Source: Octopus sinensis
Lineage: Eukaryota
Length of the DNA: 64,000 nt
Direction of reading: 5' to 3'
Assembly: GCF_006345805.1 (NCBI RefSeq)
Contig: NC_043003.1
Location: 20,026,001 to 20,090,000 of the forward strand
The position numbers and the translations under genes are program-made. Of the stretch, positions 40,201-55,252 are shown in pieces. The notes below the pieces were generated by a model. The model saw only the letters and a list, made by a program, of their open reading frames with translations. It searched no databases and was not told where the DNA came from. Every line of letters begins with the position of its first letter. Position 1 is the stretch's first letter.

Positions 40201-41472
40201 AAGTATATATAAGTATATATATATATACACACACAAACATACATATACGACAGAGTTCTTTTTTTCAGTTTCCGTCAAAGAAATCCGCCTTGGCCGACTC
40301 GCGGTTATACTGAAAGATACTCGCTCAAGGCGCTGTGCAGTGGGACTGAATCCAGAACCATGTGGTTGGGAAGCGAACTCCTTACCACACAGCCAATGAA
40401 AATATTTTATTATCTCATTGGTATTATTCTTAGTATCTATATTATTTACCGTTTGAAAAATTCATAAAATTGCTTCCTTTCTCAAAACAGAATTTAAGAA
40501 ATATCTTGGAAAACGTCCATAAAAATGCCGAAGGCTAAAGATGACAGATGTTGTGTGAGAATGTTTTAATATTTATTGATCCTAGTATTACTATCTTCTA
40601 GAATGTGCTTACGAGTAACGTTTTATGCAGTCACCCAGAGTCTTCATGGAAGTAGTTGTATATCAGTTCAATTGCGCCAGTTACAAATAGAATGATGGAC
40701 ACATCCTTAAATGTCAGAATATTTTCAACTCAACAGTTAAGCCAATAGCTTATCAGCTCACTTCTGCACATTATAGTCATCTGCTCCTTCCAAGTGGATA
40801 ATTAACATGCTGTTGTGATTTTTGTCAGCGAAATTATTATGCGCTTTCAAATAATTTGTGTATATATACTAAAGGTGTATATGTTATACTCCGGAAAACC
40901 ATAATCCGGTTGTTTTCATCTATTCAGATAAGTATCACCATAGATTTGACAATGTATAGTTTTGTTGCTTCATTGATACATAACTACCGGCAAATATAAT
41001 TAAGGAAGGCCAAGCTGACAGGGCTGAAAATTGAATCTTACTAATATAGTTGTAACTGCCATCTCTCGTTCACTAATAAGATATCTGTCGCTAGGTATAT
41101 ATTCAGGCCAACATTTTCACGGATATTTTTAACAGACAAGGACACGTTGCGAGTTTAACCATATTTATGCTGTGGATTTAACTAATGAAAAATCTGTGAA
41201 CTCGGTTCCTCTCCATTTTATTCTTTTGGAAGATTCTGATAGGATTTATGCAGGAACTTACACGTTGGTTGGAAACACCAGATTTACTTTCAAATGGGTT
41301 AACTATCAATACTTTAAGTTTTGTCTTGCATGTTATTGTATTGTAGTTGAATCTTGCTTCGTAACCACCAAGTACCGGTTTCAGTCTCATTCCGCGGCAC
41401 CTTGGGGAAGTGCTTTCTTATAACCTCGGCCGACTGAAGTCTTGTGGGGGAAATTTGGTATTTGTGTAAGAG

Positions 41473-41557
<85 letters not shown>

Positions 41558-42229
41558 GTATGTGTGTGCGTATCTGTGTTTATCTCTCACCTTTTAACAA
41601 CCGGTGTTGCTTTGTATACGTCACCGTAATTTAACGTTTCGACAAAGGAGTTCAATACACTAAATGCTAGATTCATAGAATAAATAATGAGGTCGATTTG
41701 TTGCAAAAAACCCTTCAACGTGGTGCTCCAATATGATCGCTGTCCAATGCCTAAAACATACAAAACAAAATTTAAATGTGTATGTCCTTCCAATGTTCTA
41801 GAAACTGGGCGATTGTTATAACATCAATTTTAAATGTAACGCATTTTGTTAATTAGGTAATTTAATTGATATCTCCTGGGTACAAACTTTCTTTGCATGT
41901 ATGTATGTATGTATGTATGTATGTATGTATGTATGTATGTATGTATGTATGTATGTATGTATGTATATATGTATATAATTTGTACATAATTGTCAGTAAA
42001 TGTAATCATGTATGCAAGCACGTTTATATGTGTGAAAATATATATATATATATATATATAAAATAAAAGAAGGAAAATGTACACAGTTAACGTAGTTTAA
42101 TATATTTAATACCTATATTTCATAAGTGGAAGAGTATTGTGTCTATCGATATATATATATATGGTATAATTTTATTATATCATTGTATTTTCATTGTTGA
42201 ATTGATAACAAGGTGGTTCTTCTCAAATT

Positions 42230-42278
<49 letters not shown>

Positions 42279-42321
42279 TAAATTGTATATACGTGTGGAT
42301 GCATGCATGTATGTCCATGTA

Positions 42322-42407
<86 letters not shown>

Positions 42408-42613
42408 AGTGGGTAACACTTAACTTACATCGTATCTTTGTATATATGTACGTACCCAAGTACTTATATATATATATATATATATAATATATATAGATAT
42501 ATATAAGTATGTTCATATATATTTGTATTTGCATATATTTGTGCATGTAGCCTGCGTATGTGTTTGTATGTATATCTGTATAGTTTGTGTACTGAGATGT
42601 TATCTATGTGCTT

Positions 42614-42648
<35 letters not shown>

Positions 42649-43984
42649 TATATATATATATATACATATCATATATCATATATATATATCTATATATGCG
42701 TGTTTGTGTGTGTGTAGATATATGTATGTATGTATGCATGTATGTTTGTATGTATGTATGCGTCTGTGTATACTGTGAAGTGTAATCATTCATTTCAAAG
42801 ATTTAACAATCCAGATTTAAGTTTTAATTAGAATTATCACTTTGTTTCAATTCTGTTCCTATGAAAACTTACAAGACATGTCAGCTGCAAAAATTCCTGT
42901 GCTTCATTGTAAAATGGGAAACATACGTACATACATACATACAAAAGATACACTCACGCTCACACACGTATATACAATCAATACATGTCTACATACCATC
43001 ATCGTCATACATACATACATACTTGTATATGTATATGTATATGTGTATATATATATATGTATGTATTTACATATATACATACATGCATACAAAGCACACA
43101 CTCAGTCACGCATACATATGTTATGTTTAATCGTCTATCATTTACTTATGTCAATAATTGGACTCCGGCCATACAGGGGCACCACCTTGAAGGGTTTTAA
43201 TCGAACGACTCAATCTCAATGCTTATTTTTTTCAGTCTGATGCGTATTCTATCGTTTGTTTCCTCTTTTTGCTGATCCACTAAGTTACGGGGACGCAAAC
43301 AAACCACTCTCAGTTGTCAAGCAGTGGTGGGGCAAACACAAAATTACACACACACCACACACACACACACACACATGCATTCATATATACATACATACAT
43401 GCGTACAGACGTACGTACGTACGTACGTACGTTCACACACACACACATACACACAAATTGTTACCAATCCAAAGAAGTAGCAGTATAGAAGAAATAAATG
43501 AATTTGCAGATGCAGAAAATAAATGAATATTTTAAAAAATTTGATATATATACTAACCGGTTTCACAATAGCAGATTTTCAAAAGTAATTGTAATGAGGA
43601 AAGTGAAGATGTTTCACAAATAGTATCTCTTCTGGCTGTTGTACTAAGAGTCGTTTGTTTTTATAAAGGGAACGTGGCCCAGATCTGTATCAGTTAAAGC
43701 ACAAATTGATTGGATGACAATGGTCACGGGCTATAGTAAAGAATTTTCGGACAGTATTCCACAACATCCGTGTACTAAGGTCATATGACCGTTGTACAGG
43801 ACGGGCACGTCGAAACTTTAGTCCAGTAGATATGTCATGTGACAGCTGCATCAGCTATGAACGTGGAAGTCGCATCCAAATTTAGGACTGTTTCAGCTTT
43901 TTGGTTGTGTTTAGCGGCTGTGTGAGCAGCCATTATCGTATTTAAACAAAACACGATAACTTTTTTCTGTTATCATTCTTTTAT

Positions 43985-44221
43985 CCTTTTGCTTGCTTCA
44001 GTCATTTAGCTGTGGCTATACTGGAGCACAACCTGAAAGGGTTTTAGACGAAGAAATTGCCCCCAGGACTTATTCTTTGCAAGCCTAGTACTTATTCTAA
44101 CGTTCTCTTTTGCCGAACCGCTAAGTATTAGGGACGCAAACACTTCAACTTTGGTTGTCAAGCGATGGTGGGTGGACAAATGCAGACACATAAATATATA
44201 CAATATACATACATATATATA

Positions 44222-44280
<59 letters not shown>

Positions 44281-44320
44281 CGACGGGCTTCTTTCAGACT
44301 CCGCTACCAAATTCACTCGC
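43985..44320 (-). mobile_element. SINE family A
   Basis: 3' half, (TA)n and part of the 5' half. Confidence 0.75.
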
Positions 44321-44538
44321 AATAAAAAATAATCGGTTTTTCCAACTCATGAACTAAGAGTTCGAAAGAAGGAGGTCGGGATAAACTACCTGTATCAACT
44401 TGTGAATGAGAAAATATCATAGGTTAAACATGAACTGTTTATCTTAATTTTGAAAAATAAAGTATAAAAACCAATTCAATTATGGGATGACCCACTATAT
44501 GAATACACACATACATACACACACACACACACACACAC

Positions 44539-44574
<36 letters not shown>

Positions 44575-44576
<2 letters not shown>

Positions 44577-44850
44577 ACTTATAAACAAGGGCAAATGAAA
44601 AATTATTTCTATGCCAATATGCTGAGAACAGACTTTAAATCGTCAATTTCCACATTTCATTATACATTCACTATAAATAAATGTATAATGAAATGTGGAA
44701 ATTGACGATTTAAAAGTCTGTTATCAGAATATTGGCATAGAAATAATTTTTCATTTGCCCTTGTTTATAAGTTGTTTATAATTTTAACCTTTAAAGGTAT
44801 TTTAATACGCTGCCACTTTTGATGAAATTTTTTCTGAAGAAAATTTTATT
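44575..44850. mobile_element. (TA)n-adjacent fold-back element (arms 44575-44668 / 44680-44774) with unpaired tail
   Basis: Near-perfect ~95-bp arms. Terminus caacttataaacaagggcaaa and tail ttaacctttaaaggtatttt are shared with 55647-56103. Confidence 0.8.
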
Positions 44851-44996
44851 GGTAGTAGTAGTAGTAGTTGTAGTAGTAGTAGTATATATATTGATAAAAA
44901 CGGTAAGACAACAAAAGAAAGAAAGAGACCTTGATATTATGTAAATAGTGGAATTTATCTGTAAATGTAATATGTGACAATTATTCGGTAGCCATC

Positions 44997-45055
44997 ATAA
45001 AACTCCGAGTTTCGGATGCCAAGGTGGAAATCCACGCCGCCATCATTTCAGTTAT
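44997..45055 (-). ncRNA. Degenerate type I hammerhead motif in TA-flanked insert (~44892-45600)
   Basis: Minus strand ATAA-CTGAAAT-GATG(gcggcGTGGatttCCACcttgg)CATC-C-GAAAC-TCGGA-GTT-TTAT. Confidence 0.58.
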
Positions 45056-46764
45056 CCGGTCAACGGGAAAATGCTATGAAAAATGACCGTTATACAAAGG
45101 GAAATTACTGTGTGATTGACCATTATTAAGACAAAAGAGCTATTCGAATGACTGCTAAGTGAAGGGAGTAAAGTAAGGGGGTAAAATGTTCATAGTATTC
45201 GCGTAAGCGCGCCTGTTCATACCTAAACATGTGCGCCCGCACACCCACATGCGTGTGCCTAAAGGTGTACATTCATCCACCCTCACTTGAAAACGTACAC
45301 ATCCTCACTCTCATCCTTCGCCAAATGTATATGCATATACACACAAACCCACACACACACGCGCACCATAAATGTTCATACATACATCTATATACGCACA
45401 AGCACAAAGAAAAACAGGGTTAAGGGTAACAATACAGAAAAAAGAATCCATATACACGTCTATATACGCACAGGGAAAATGCAGAGTGGAAGGTATAATA
45501 CAGAAATAATTATGTGTAAAAATATATAAGCAATAGACCTATAAACCAATATCTCTATAAATATGTAAGAAATATATGTATAAAAAATGTAAATAAAATA
45601 AAAAATATATAAATGCTAAGCGGTATTTCATCAGCCGCTACGTTCTGAGTTCAAATTCCGCCGAGGTCGACTTTGCCTTTCATCCTTTCGGGGTCGATTA
45701 AATAAGTACCAGTTACGCACTGGGGTCGATGTAATCGACTTAATCCGTATGTCTGTCCTTGTTTGTCCCCTCTGTGTTTAGCTCCTTGTGGATAGTAAAG
45801 AAATATATATATATATATATATATATCTATGTGTATACAAGAAATGTCGATTTGACGGAGTGAGCTAATGTATAGCATATACAGTTGATCACTATAAACA
45901 AATCATTTAATCCTTTGTGCAGGTCATTCGGCACAAAAGCTGAACACTCATGTATCGTCTTCGACGGGAAAATCCAACATATACCCACATACATAATACA
46001 TCGATGCATAGACGTATATTAGATAATGTAGTCCTAGGCTTAAAAATAAATGAATGCCTAAAATAGTTAGGAATATTACTGCTTGAAACCTTTGATCATA
46101 GGTTTAATAAATGAGATCTGACTTGGGGGCTAAACGAGAACTACAACAACAACAGCAACAGCAGCAGCAGTAACAACAACAACAACAAAACAACAACACT
46201 AATAGTAACATCAGCTTCATCAGCTGACAGATATTTAGTAGAGACAAAAGTATCACCCCAGGATGTATTACATTTGTTTCGGCGGTTTCGAACACAGCAA
46301 ATAGAAGAAAACATTGAAACCGTAACATTTTCTACTCGATTATCGCCATCAATATAAATTAATATCAGAAGACTTGTAGATGAATCGATTCTCAATGATT
46401 AGATTACTGATCAATATTCGCTGACAGTGCTCACACGAACATCACTTTTAATGAATTCGTATTAGGATAAAAAAAATTAAAGTAAAAACAATTTCTTTGA
46501 TGTAACGAAATTGCGATAAGAGAAGAAATGTTGCAATTGTCTTTCGTCTAAGACGTGAAGTGCAGACGGTATTATACTTAAGTTGCTAAATCCCCCGTTA
46601 CCAAATAATCGTACAGATCCATTATTCAGAATTCTAATCGTTTTAGACGTCTAAAAGAATGGTAAGAATATGATTAACAAATATATGTATATACACATAC
46701 ACACACACACACACACACCACAGATATATAATATATATATTATAGTATACTATACATACATCAT

Positions 46765-46802
<38 letters not shown>

Positions 46803-46880
46803 ATCATCACACACATATTATATATACATACACATACACACACACATATATATATTATATTATATATATATATATATATT

Positions 46881-46930
<50 letters not shown>

Positions 46931-46969
46931 ATATTATATATTACATATAATATATACATATATATATAT

Positions 46970-47775
46970 TACTTTGTTTCAGTTATTTGACTGCGGTCAT
47001 GCTGGTGCACCGTCTTTAGTCGAGCAAATCGACCACAGGACTTATTCTTTGGAAGCATTGTGCTTATTCTATCGGTCTCTTTTACCGAACTGCTATGTTA
47101 CGGGGACGTAAACACACCACCATCGGTTGTCAAACGATGCTGGGAGACAAACACAGACACATAAACATACACTCACGCATACTTATATATTTATATACAT
47201 ATAGGCGCAGGAGTGGCTGTGTGGTAAGTAGCTTGCTAACCAACCACATGGTTCCGGGTTCAGTCCCACTGCGTGGCATCTTGGGCAAGTGTCTTCTGCT
47301 ATAGCCCCGGGCCGACCAATGCCTTGTGAGTGGATTTGGTAGACGGAAACTGAAAGAAGCCTGTCGTATATATGTATATATATATATATATGTGTGTGTT
47401 TGTGTGTCTGTGTTTGTCCCCTTAGCATCGCTTGACAACCGATGCTGGTGTGTTTACGTCCCCGTCACTTAGCGGTTCGGCAAAAAAGAGACCGATAGAA
47501 TAAGTACTGGGCTTACAAAGAATAAGTCCCGGGGTCGAGTTGCTCGATTAAAGGCGGTGCTCCAGCATGGCCGCAGTCAAATGACTGAAACAAGTATAAA
47601 GAGAAAAAAGAGAAAAAGATATATACGACGGGCTTCTTTCAGTTTCAGTCTACCAAATCCACTGACAAGGCTTTGGTCGGCCCGAGATATAGAAGAAGAC
47701 TCTTGCCCGAGGTGTCACGCAGTGGGACTGAACCCGGAACCATGTAGTTGGTAAGCAAGCTACTTACCACACAGC

Positions 47776-47776
<1 letters not shown>
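46970..47776 (-). mobile_element. SINE family A (minus) with a second family A copy nested in its internal microsatellite
   Basis: The minus 3' half (46970-47160) and minus 5' half (47626-47776) flank the plus copy. Confidence 0.8.
47203..47600 (+). mobile_element. SINE family A, full-length reference copy
   Basis: ggcgcaggagtggctgtgtggt (A box), ggttcagtccc (B box), cttgggcaagtg (CORE-like), internal (TA)/(TG) and 3' gctccagcatggccgcagtcaaatgactgaaacaag. Confidence 0.9.
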
Positions 47777-47807
<31 letters not shown>

Positions 47808-48464
47808 GTTTATATATTCGTTTTGCCAGATTCTTCATGTGAATTCGTGTGTTGAAACAGATATTGTAGTATTTGGGGATGGTCATGTTGCCAGTTTAGC
47901 CAATGAAAACACATTTCGGCCAACCGTTGTTGCTGTTGTATTCGATGTTTTTCTCTGTTTTTGTATTTGCATTTGTGGCTTGTGCTCGTGTGTTCGTTCT
48001 TGCCACTGTTGCTGTTGTTGTTGTTGGTGTTGCTGCAGTATACACACACACACACACACACACACACATATCAAAAGTGAAGTTGTAAGGTACCGCACGA
48101 GGGGAAATATATATGAAAGAAGGTTTAAAAAAGCAATTTTAAAGATGTTTATTCACTTGACCAGTTTCACTTTTTCGAAAAAGATTGTCAAAAGTAAAAT
48201 GTAAAGCTTTGTAAAAAGTTTGTTGTGTTAAGTACTGGGTGTCACAAAATAATAAAATACATATATACATTCTTTGATAATAATTAGAAAATGTTAAAAA
48301 AAGTTTACAAGGAAATATCTTTAGAAAATATTAAACAAAAAGTTCAATAAAAATATTAGGAGTCCATTAAAAATCATGTTTGTTTGGAAGTATCTATATA
48401 CATATACAGAAAACTATTAGGAGTTCAAAAAAGTCATATTTGGTAGTATATATATATATATATA

Positions 48465-48973
48465 CTAGCAGTATCGCCCGGCGTTGCTCGGGTTTGTTTC
48501 GACCCGCTGGAATTGGAATTTTGCATTATGTAGCTTGTTATTCTTTTCAAGTGAACATTTTTCTGGTTGAAATACACCGTAAAGTAGCGACACAGCAGTC
48601 AAAACATCGTTAAAAATAGGGATTTTCATAGAAAATAGCACCTTTTTGATGTAAATAATTTTTGGTGTCAACATGGTCCGATTTGAATTTTATCTTCTAC
48701 GGAAGGAAGAGCAACTCTTCTTCTATCATACTCTCAATTTTGGTCAACTTGCGCCGCAGGGTCTCGGAGGAGATAATGTTAGTTGAAGGTTACCAAACCT
48801 GGCGCACACATACACATACATACATACACACACCCACACACACACACACACATGTATGTATGTATGGATGTATGTATGTATATATGTACATCTGTCCACT
48901 TCTTGCCATATTTTTATCCTTCACTTCCTACACACACACACACACTCACTCACCACACACACACACATGCACA

Positions 48974-49019
<46 letters not shown>

Positions 49020-49532
49020 ACCTTCTTAGCTTACAATTTCTTTCTTTCAACAATTGACAACTGAAGTACGCTCGCAAATTAATACTACTAAAACTTAGCG
49101 ATAGAAAGTAAATTAAAAACCAATTTTAATTTATAAAATATAGAATGGAATGTACTTCGAAAAATCATAGGTAAATTCCAATTGAAGAAATTGTGTGAGG
49201 AGTAAATCGTTATGCATTTATTTGTTTCTGTTTCCTGTGTATTTTTTTGAGTAGTGGTTGAAGGTACACTTGCACAGAGAAAGTAGGAGAAAGTGTGGTA
49301 ATAGAAGGAGTGAAGCAGTTGAAATTAGAGAGGCAAATCATAAAATATTTAGTTTTCTCGAATTTTTGCTTAATTGGGGGTCAAATTGAAAAAAATTTAT
49401 ATGCCATGACCCAATCGAATCTACTTCGAAAAATCATATGTAAATTCCAATTGAAGAAATTCTATATTGTACAATTGTATTAAAAACAAACTATGTCAGA
49501 GGCAGAGGAAATCTGCCTTTTATCATAAGAGA
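48465..49532 (-). mobile_element. Non-autonomous Helitron; the 3' ~340 bp is shared with 6833-7200
   Basis: CTAG at 48465-48468 and hairpin cccggcgttgctcggg. Candidate 5' TC(tcttatgataaaaggcag) at 49532; the 5' limit is less certain. Confidence 0.7.
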
Positions 49533-49566
49533 TATACACACAGAAGGATACATATTTAGGAGTTTA

Positions 49567-49635
49567 CAAAGAATTTGAGATGAACTGACCTGTTTCAGCA
49601 TTGCTAAAACAAGTCAGTTCATCTCAAATTCTTTG
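49567..49635. repeat. 69-bp near-perfect palindrome
   Basis: Centre at 49601 with two mismatches (49596/49606 and 49590/49612). Confidence 0.85.
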
Positions 49636-49695
49636 CCATCCATCCATTTACCATCTCTCACTTTCGTTCTTTCTTTCTTTCTTTCTTTCTTTTTT

Positions 49696-49731
<36 letters not shown>

Positions 49732-50587
49732 TGTCTGTCTGTCTATGTATGTATGTATGTATGTATGTATGTATGTATGCATGCATGCATGCATGCATGC
49801 ATGTATGTATGTATGTATGTATGTATGTATGTATGTATGTATGTATACATGCATGCATGCATGCATGTATGTATGTATGCATGCATGTATGTATGTATGT
49901 ATGTTTGTATGTATGTATGTATGTATGTATTTATCTATCTATCTATCTGAACATCTGTGCATCTATCCCTCCAATTATCTATCACCTGTTACTATCTAAC
50001 ACTACATGTGTGTGTGTGTAGGTATGCGTAAGTGTCTTTCAATATGTGTTGAACGTATATACTTTAAACGTAGCTTTCTTCTAAACACACACACACAGAC
50101 ACTCTATTTGTAGTTACGAACAAAATAAGTGTACTTATTCCACACAAACAGAGTGCAATATATATTAGGCTATCGTGCTTACGGTCAACGCCAACTCTTT
50201 ACGGCTTCAAGTTTTTTACTATGGGAGTAATGCTTTACTGCTGCTCTAATCATAAAAGTAGCCAAAAGTGATCTTTGCACTATAGTTACACTTAGTCACC
50301 AATATGATTAGTGTTACGGTGCGACAATGCTTCTTTTGCACGAAGCCGGATATCAATGGAAAGTTAGCGACGACTCTCTCTCCGTCTCCCTCCTCTCGCT
50401 CACTCTGTATATATATATATATATATATATGCAATACCAAAAACATATATGATATATGATATATGTTATATGATGTATAAAACATGTAACATACAAATAA
50501 ATATCTTTAAACATAAAACCATCCGAATTTCTGAGTACCTCATTTCTTCTAATATAAAATACCTGTACATCATCTCCAAACCTTCTA

Positions 50588-50624
<37 letters not shown>

Positions 50625-50744
50625 CAATTAATAAGTGGAATGACCACTAAAGTGGATTCCTATACGCTAGAGATAGACGTCAAATCGCCTTACCACAGAG
50701 TCTAGAACTATACCTTTTCTGTTTTAAAACACATGAAAAATTAT

Positions 50745-50888
50745 TTTTGAGTGTTTTTTGTGGGGTTGGAACTGATTAATTATTTTTTAGTTAATTTCAA
50801 TGGGGAAACTTGATTTGTAAAACGAGTAAATCGTAAGACGAGCTCGGTCATGAAACAAATTAAACTCGTACTGCGAGGTATCACAGCA
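50745..50888. mobile_element. Tigger/pogo-like terminal fragment
   Basis: aattaaactcgtactgcgaggtatcacag resembles pogo-type TIR and subterminal repeats. Confidence 0.5.
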
Positions 50889-51224
50889 TTTTATTGAAAA
50901 AATAAAAACCTAAAAAAAAAAAATTGTGTATGTTGATGACGGTGAACTTACCGGACTTGGACGTATGGCTTAGTGGTTTTTGTGCTGTACTTATGATCGC
51001 GAGTTCATGATTTCGATTCCCACACGGGGTTGTGCGTTGCGTCCTTGAGCAAAACATTTCAATTTAAGTTGCTCTGTACAAGAGTATGGTTGTGCACCTG
51101 TACAGGTAGTATCGATTTGACGTAGGGAGTGAACTTATATTCAACACAAACATTTGATTACTATAGACGAATCATCTGCGTGGTTGTTCGGCAAGAAAAA
51201 GTCGAAACCTCATACCCCCGTTAT

Positions 51225-51479
51225 TTTTGTTGTTGTAGCAGCTGTTTTGTCCCCAGGTCATCTCCGATCGACGGGATAGATATTCGTTTAAGAGGTATTT
51301 AGGGTTAAAGTCTATGATACAAATCTGCCCTCTTCGATGCGAGTTGAATGAACTTTGAGGAAGATGTAGCTACTATTTCTAACAGATCAATCACCTTTTG
51401 ATAAGGAGTGCCCATATAACGCAATGATCAATCTCACAGATTCTTCCTCGATGTTTCGACCTGTGTCAGCTGCGTGCGT

Positions 51480-51522
<43 letters not shown>

Positions 51523-51890
51523 TGCGAGTGTTTCTGTGTTTCTGTGTGTTTGTGCGTGTGCATGCATGCATGTGCACGTCTCTGCATACAAATGTTCCTG
51601 TATGTATTCATGCAAGCGTGTATGTATGTATGAATGTATGTAGTGTATATATGTATGCAAATATATATATATATATATATAAATATATGTTTGTGTGTGT
51701 GTGTGTGTGTGTGTACGTGTGTATGTTTATGTATGTGCGTGCTTAAAGTTCATGACATTAAACGAACATGTCTTCTAAAATTGGTTACCAATCAGCAAAT
51801 GACATTCAAGAGATGAAAAAGAAAACTTTAAAAAAGCCATATATATATATAGAATATAAATGCATACATACATGCATACATACATACATA

Positions 51891-51954
<64 letters not shown>

Positions 51955-53305
51955 TATATACAATGGCTATTTTTGTTTTAGTTAATATTGAACAGTTAAA
52001 TGTCAGTGACATAACCCTTCTTATCAATATGCTTACAAGAACCACTATAATGGACCAATAAGCATATATAATGGCATTTATGTTTATATTCTATTCGTGT
52101 ACGGGTGTCGATACGCGCATCAGGGCATCAATTTTGTTGACGTTGTAGATGTTGTTTTACTTTAAGAGCAACATTTCACCAGTTTCTTTTTCTAGACAAT
52201 AGCGTAATTTTGAGTGAAATTTAGCTGCTATATCTAGCCATGCTTCAATGATTTGTTATTCGTGTTTTTGTGGTTATTGTCGTTATCGTTGCGTAACTCC
52301 AAGCGTTTCAGTTACGGTCATTCTGTTTATGTTTTTCTCTTTCTGCTCGGGCATCGTCTGAACACTCAGAAACGTGTCTTTACGTTTTTAAGACGGTAGA
52401 ATGTAATTAGAGGAAAATTTAGCTGCAATATCTACCTGGTCGAGTAACCATGTTGAACTCTTTCTCAATAGGTGCAGGAGTGACTGTGTGGTAAGTAGCT
52501 TGCTTATCAACTACATGGTTCCAGGTTCATTCCCACTGCGGGCAAGTGTCTTCTACTATAGCCTCTGGCCGACCAAAGCCTTGTGAGCGGATTTGGTAGA
52601 CGGAAACTGAAAGAAGCCCGTCGTATATATATATGTATGTGTGTGTATAAGTTTGTGTGTCTTTGCTTGTCCCCCAACATCGCTTGACAACCGATGGTGG
52701 TATGTTTACGTCCCCGTAACATAGCGGTTCGGCAAAAGAGACCGATGGAATAAGTACTAGGCTTCCAAAGAATGAGTTATGGGGTCGATCTGCTCGACCA
52801 AATGTGGTGCTCCAGCATGGCCGCAGTCAAATGACTGAAACAAGTAAAATAGTAAAAGAGTAAAAGAATGTCTCTTGTTTTTGCTGTTGTTTATCAGCAA
52901 ATCAACCTCTGATCGAACGGACAGATGATCAAAAGCGCTCCAGCTGTGGCCATCCAATTTGTTTTTCTTCAGATATGGTGTACATATAAGAACTTTAAAC
53001 AATATGTCCTAAATTTTCTAAGACAAAAGAGTTTAATTTAAGGGAAATTTTATTCCTATTTTTAAACGACCAATCAATAGTATAGATTCACCTTTCTTGG
53101 CTGCCGCAAAATGTGTGCTGATTTTACTTAGCCCTTGGTCAGGCCTGACTGAGCAGATCTATGAACTAATAAGCTGCAGTTGTGGTCATACGAATTTTAT
53201 CTATGACAAATTTTATCTCTGTCCATATCATCCACTTTGAATCGCTCTCTATTTAGACGGTCATGCGTGATTTGAAAGAGGTTTAGCTGCCGTTTCTAGC
53301 AGTCA
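51225..53305 (+). repeat. Cluster of about five same-orientation copies of an old ~200-bp repeat
   Basis: Recurrent ..agacggtag..tgatttga..atttagctgctatttctagcag motif at ~51340, 52190, 52390, 53020 and 53255, mostly preceded by ttgttg..cccc(a/t)ggtca-like segments. Confidence 0.55.
52470..52870 (+). mobile_element. SINE family A, full length
   Basis: Matches 47203-47600 with a small deletion after cccactgc. Confidence 0.88.
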
Positions 53306-53411
53306 GTTCCTGTCAACTCGGATACATGAATTTGTTCGTTTGTTTGTTTATGTGTGTGTACTTTGTCACTTGCTTTCTGTGCACCTCTGTATGTGCATCT
53401 CCATGCGTTTA

Positions 53412-53448
<37 letters not shown>

Positions 53449-53922
53449 TAGTGCGTGTATGTGTGTTTGTACTTGGACATGTGTGCATATGTATGCCTGC
53501 ATCAACAACAGCCACATAAGTGCAAAATACAAAACGAACTTAATGGAACCGCATAGTCCAGCGTTTATATAAATTTGAAAGTTTATGACAGATTAACTCT
53601 CAAATCCTGTACGAGCGACATGCTACATACATACATACATACATACATACATACATACATACATACATACATACATACATACGTACATGCATGCATACAT
53701 GCATACATACATATATGCAAGTATGCATACATACATACATATACACACATTTATATATGTAGGAAAGGTATGTACGAAGTACTTACGTATGTATGTTTGT
53801 ATGTAAGTTGCGTGCTTGTATGCATGTATAGATACATGCATGTATACATACATGCATATATATTTGCATTTACATATACAAATAAAACATATGCATATTA
53901 CATATATATATATATATATATA

Positions 53923-54948
53923 TCTTTATATATATAAAACTGAGAATGGGTGTGTGTGTGTCTGTCTGTCTGTGTGTTTCCCTAAAACTTGAGAACTACA
54001 CAACCAATTTCATTCAAATTTTACACATGCCTTACTTAGGGTCCGGGGAGTCTCACCGGAAAAAAATTTTTTAACTTCTTGCCTACAGCGAGCCCATAGC
54101 AATATCATATCTTCTCCACTATTTCAGTATTATTTGTTAAAAGTGAACCAAAAACGTTTCTCTATTTTATGTCAGATACTTTCACTTTAACAATAAAAAT
54201 AATAATAACAATTGAATTATTTGTAGTAAGTAATAATTAAAAATCAAACTAAAGTATAATATAATCGTAACATAACAAAAGTAAAAATAGCAATTGGTAT
54301 AAAATTGCATCAATGACTTGAACTTGGATAAGTGGTTTCACATGAATGGGAATAAATAAAAAATAAAATGGAATAGTCGAGATGGATAATAAAAAATTAA
54401 ATTAAAGAAAAGACTATTGTCTGTAAAGTATACAATGTAGAGAAAAAAGAAGATTTGAACACATGGAGGAAAGCACCATCGAAAAGTGTGTTGGTGCGAC
54501 TATGAAAGGTATATAATCAGAGGCGGTAAATTCGCCACAATAGAAGCAAGATTCGAGTCAACGGAGCGTGCAAGGGAGTATTCGACTCGAACTTGCAAAT
54601 TGGAAATATTTTAATCTTACCTTTATATCTGGGACGTAGGACGTCCCGGAAAAAAATTTAAATGCCCCCCCCCGCAGAAGTAGAGGTAGGCTGGATTGTA
54701 GCCACACTTCTATACAAGAGGGAGGAAAAGATACAATTGATCGAAATTACAAGAGACGGGCTAACAATTCCAATCTGTTATATAATTTGAGTATTGTTAT
54801 CACTAGCGATATCAAAATATAACTTTGTATTTTGTATTTTATGTGTAGATGTATATATATAGATATACATGTAATATGTACACATATATATACACATATA
54901 TACATGCACTTGCACTATGACCCGGCAACGACGGGTCTTTAATGCTAG
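53923..54948 (+). mobile_element. Non-autonomous Helitron
   Basis: A|TC(tttatatatataaaac) 5' end followed by (TG)/(TCTG), subterminal hairpin cccggcaacgacggg (54921-54935) and 3' CTAG|T. Confidence 0.82.
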
Positions 54949-54949
54949 T

Positions 54950-54984
<35 letters not shown>

Positions 54985-54998
54985 CTATATATATATAC

Positions 54999-55055
<57 letters not shown>

Positions 55056-55252
55056 ATATATATAAGTAGTTGAATGAATTATCTTATTATGGATAATTCG
55101 GTTAACCGATACCTGGGTAGCAATTCACGTCAGAAAAAACACGGTTGAAGCTACATGCCAAAGGCAGAGATCACGTGCTTTCGTGTGGAAATTTGTGTGT
55201 TTTTTTAATACAAATAAATGAAAGAATGGAGTTGAACGACGAATTAACAAAA

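Noticed and set aside
43620-43950. Possible Tc1 transposase remnant (QDG motif near 43795)
   Set aside because: Only a three-residue match; no continuous frame or TIR found.
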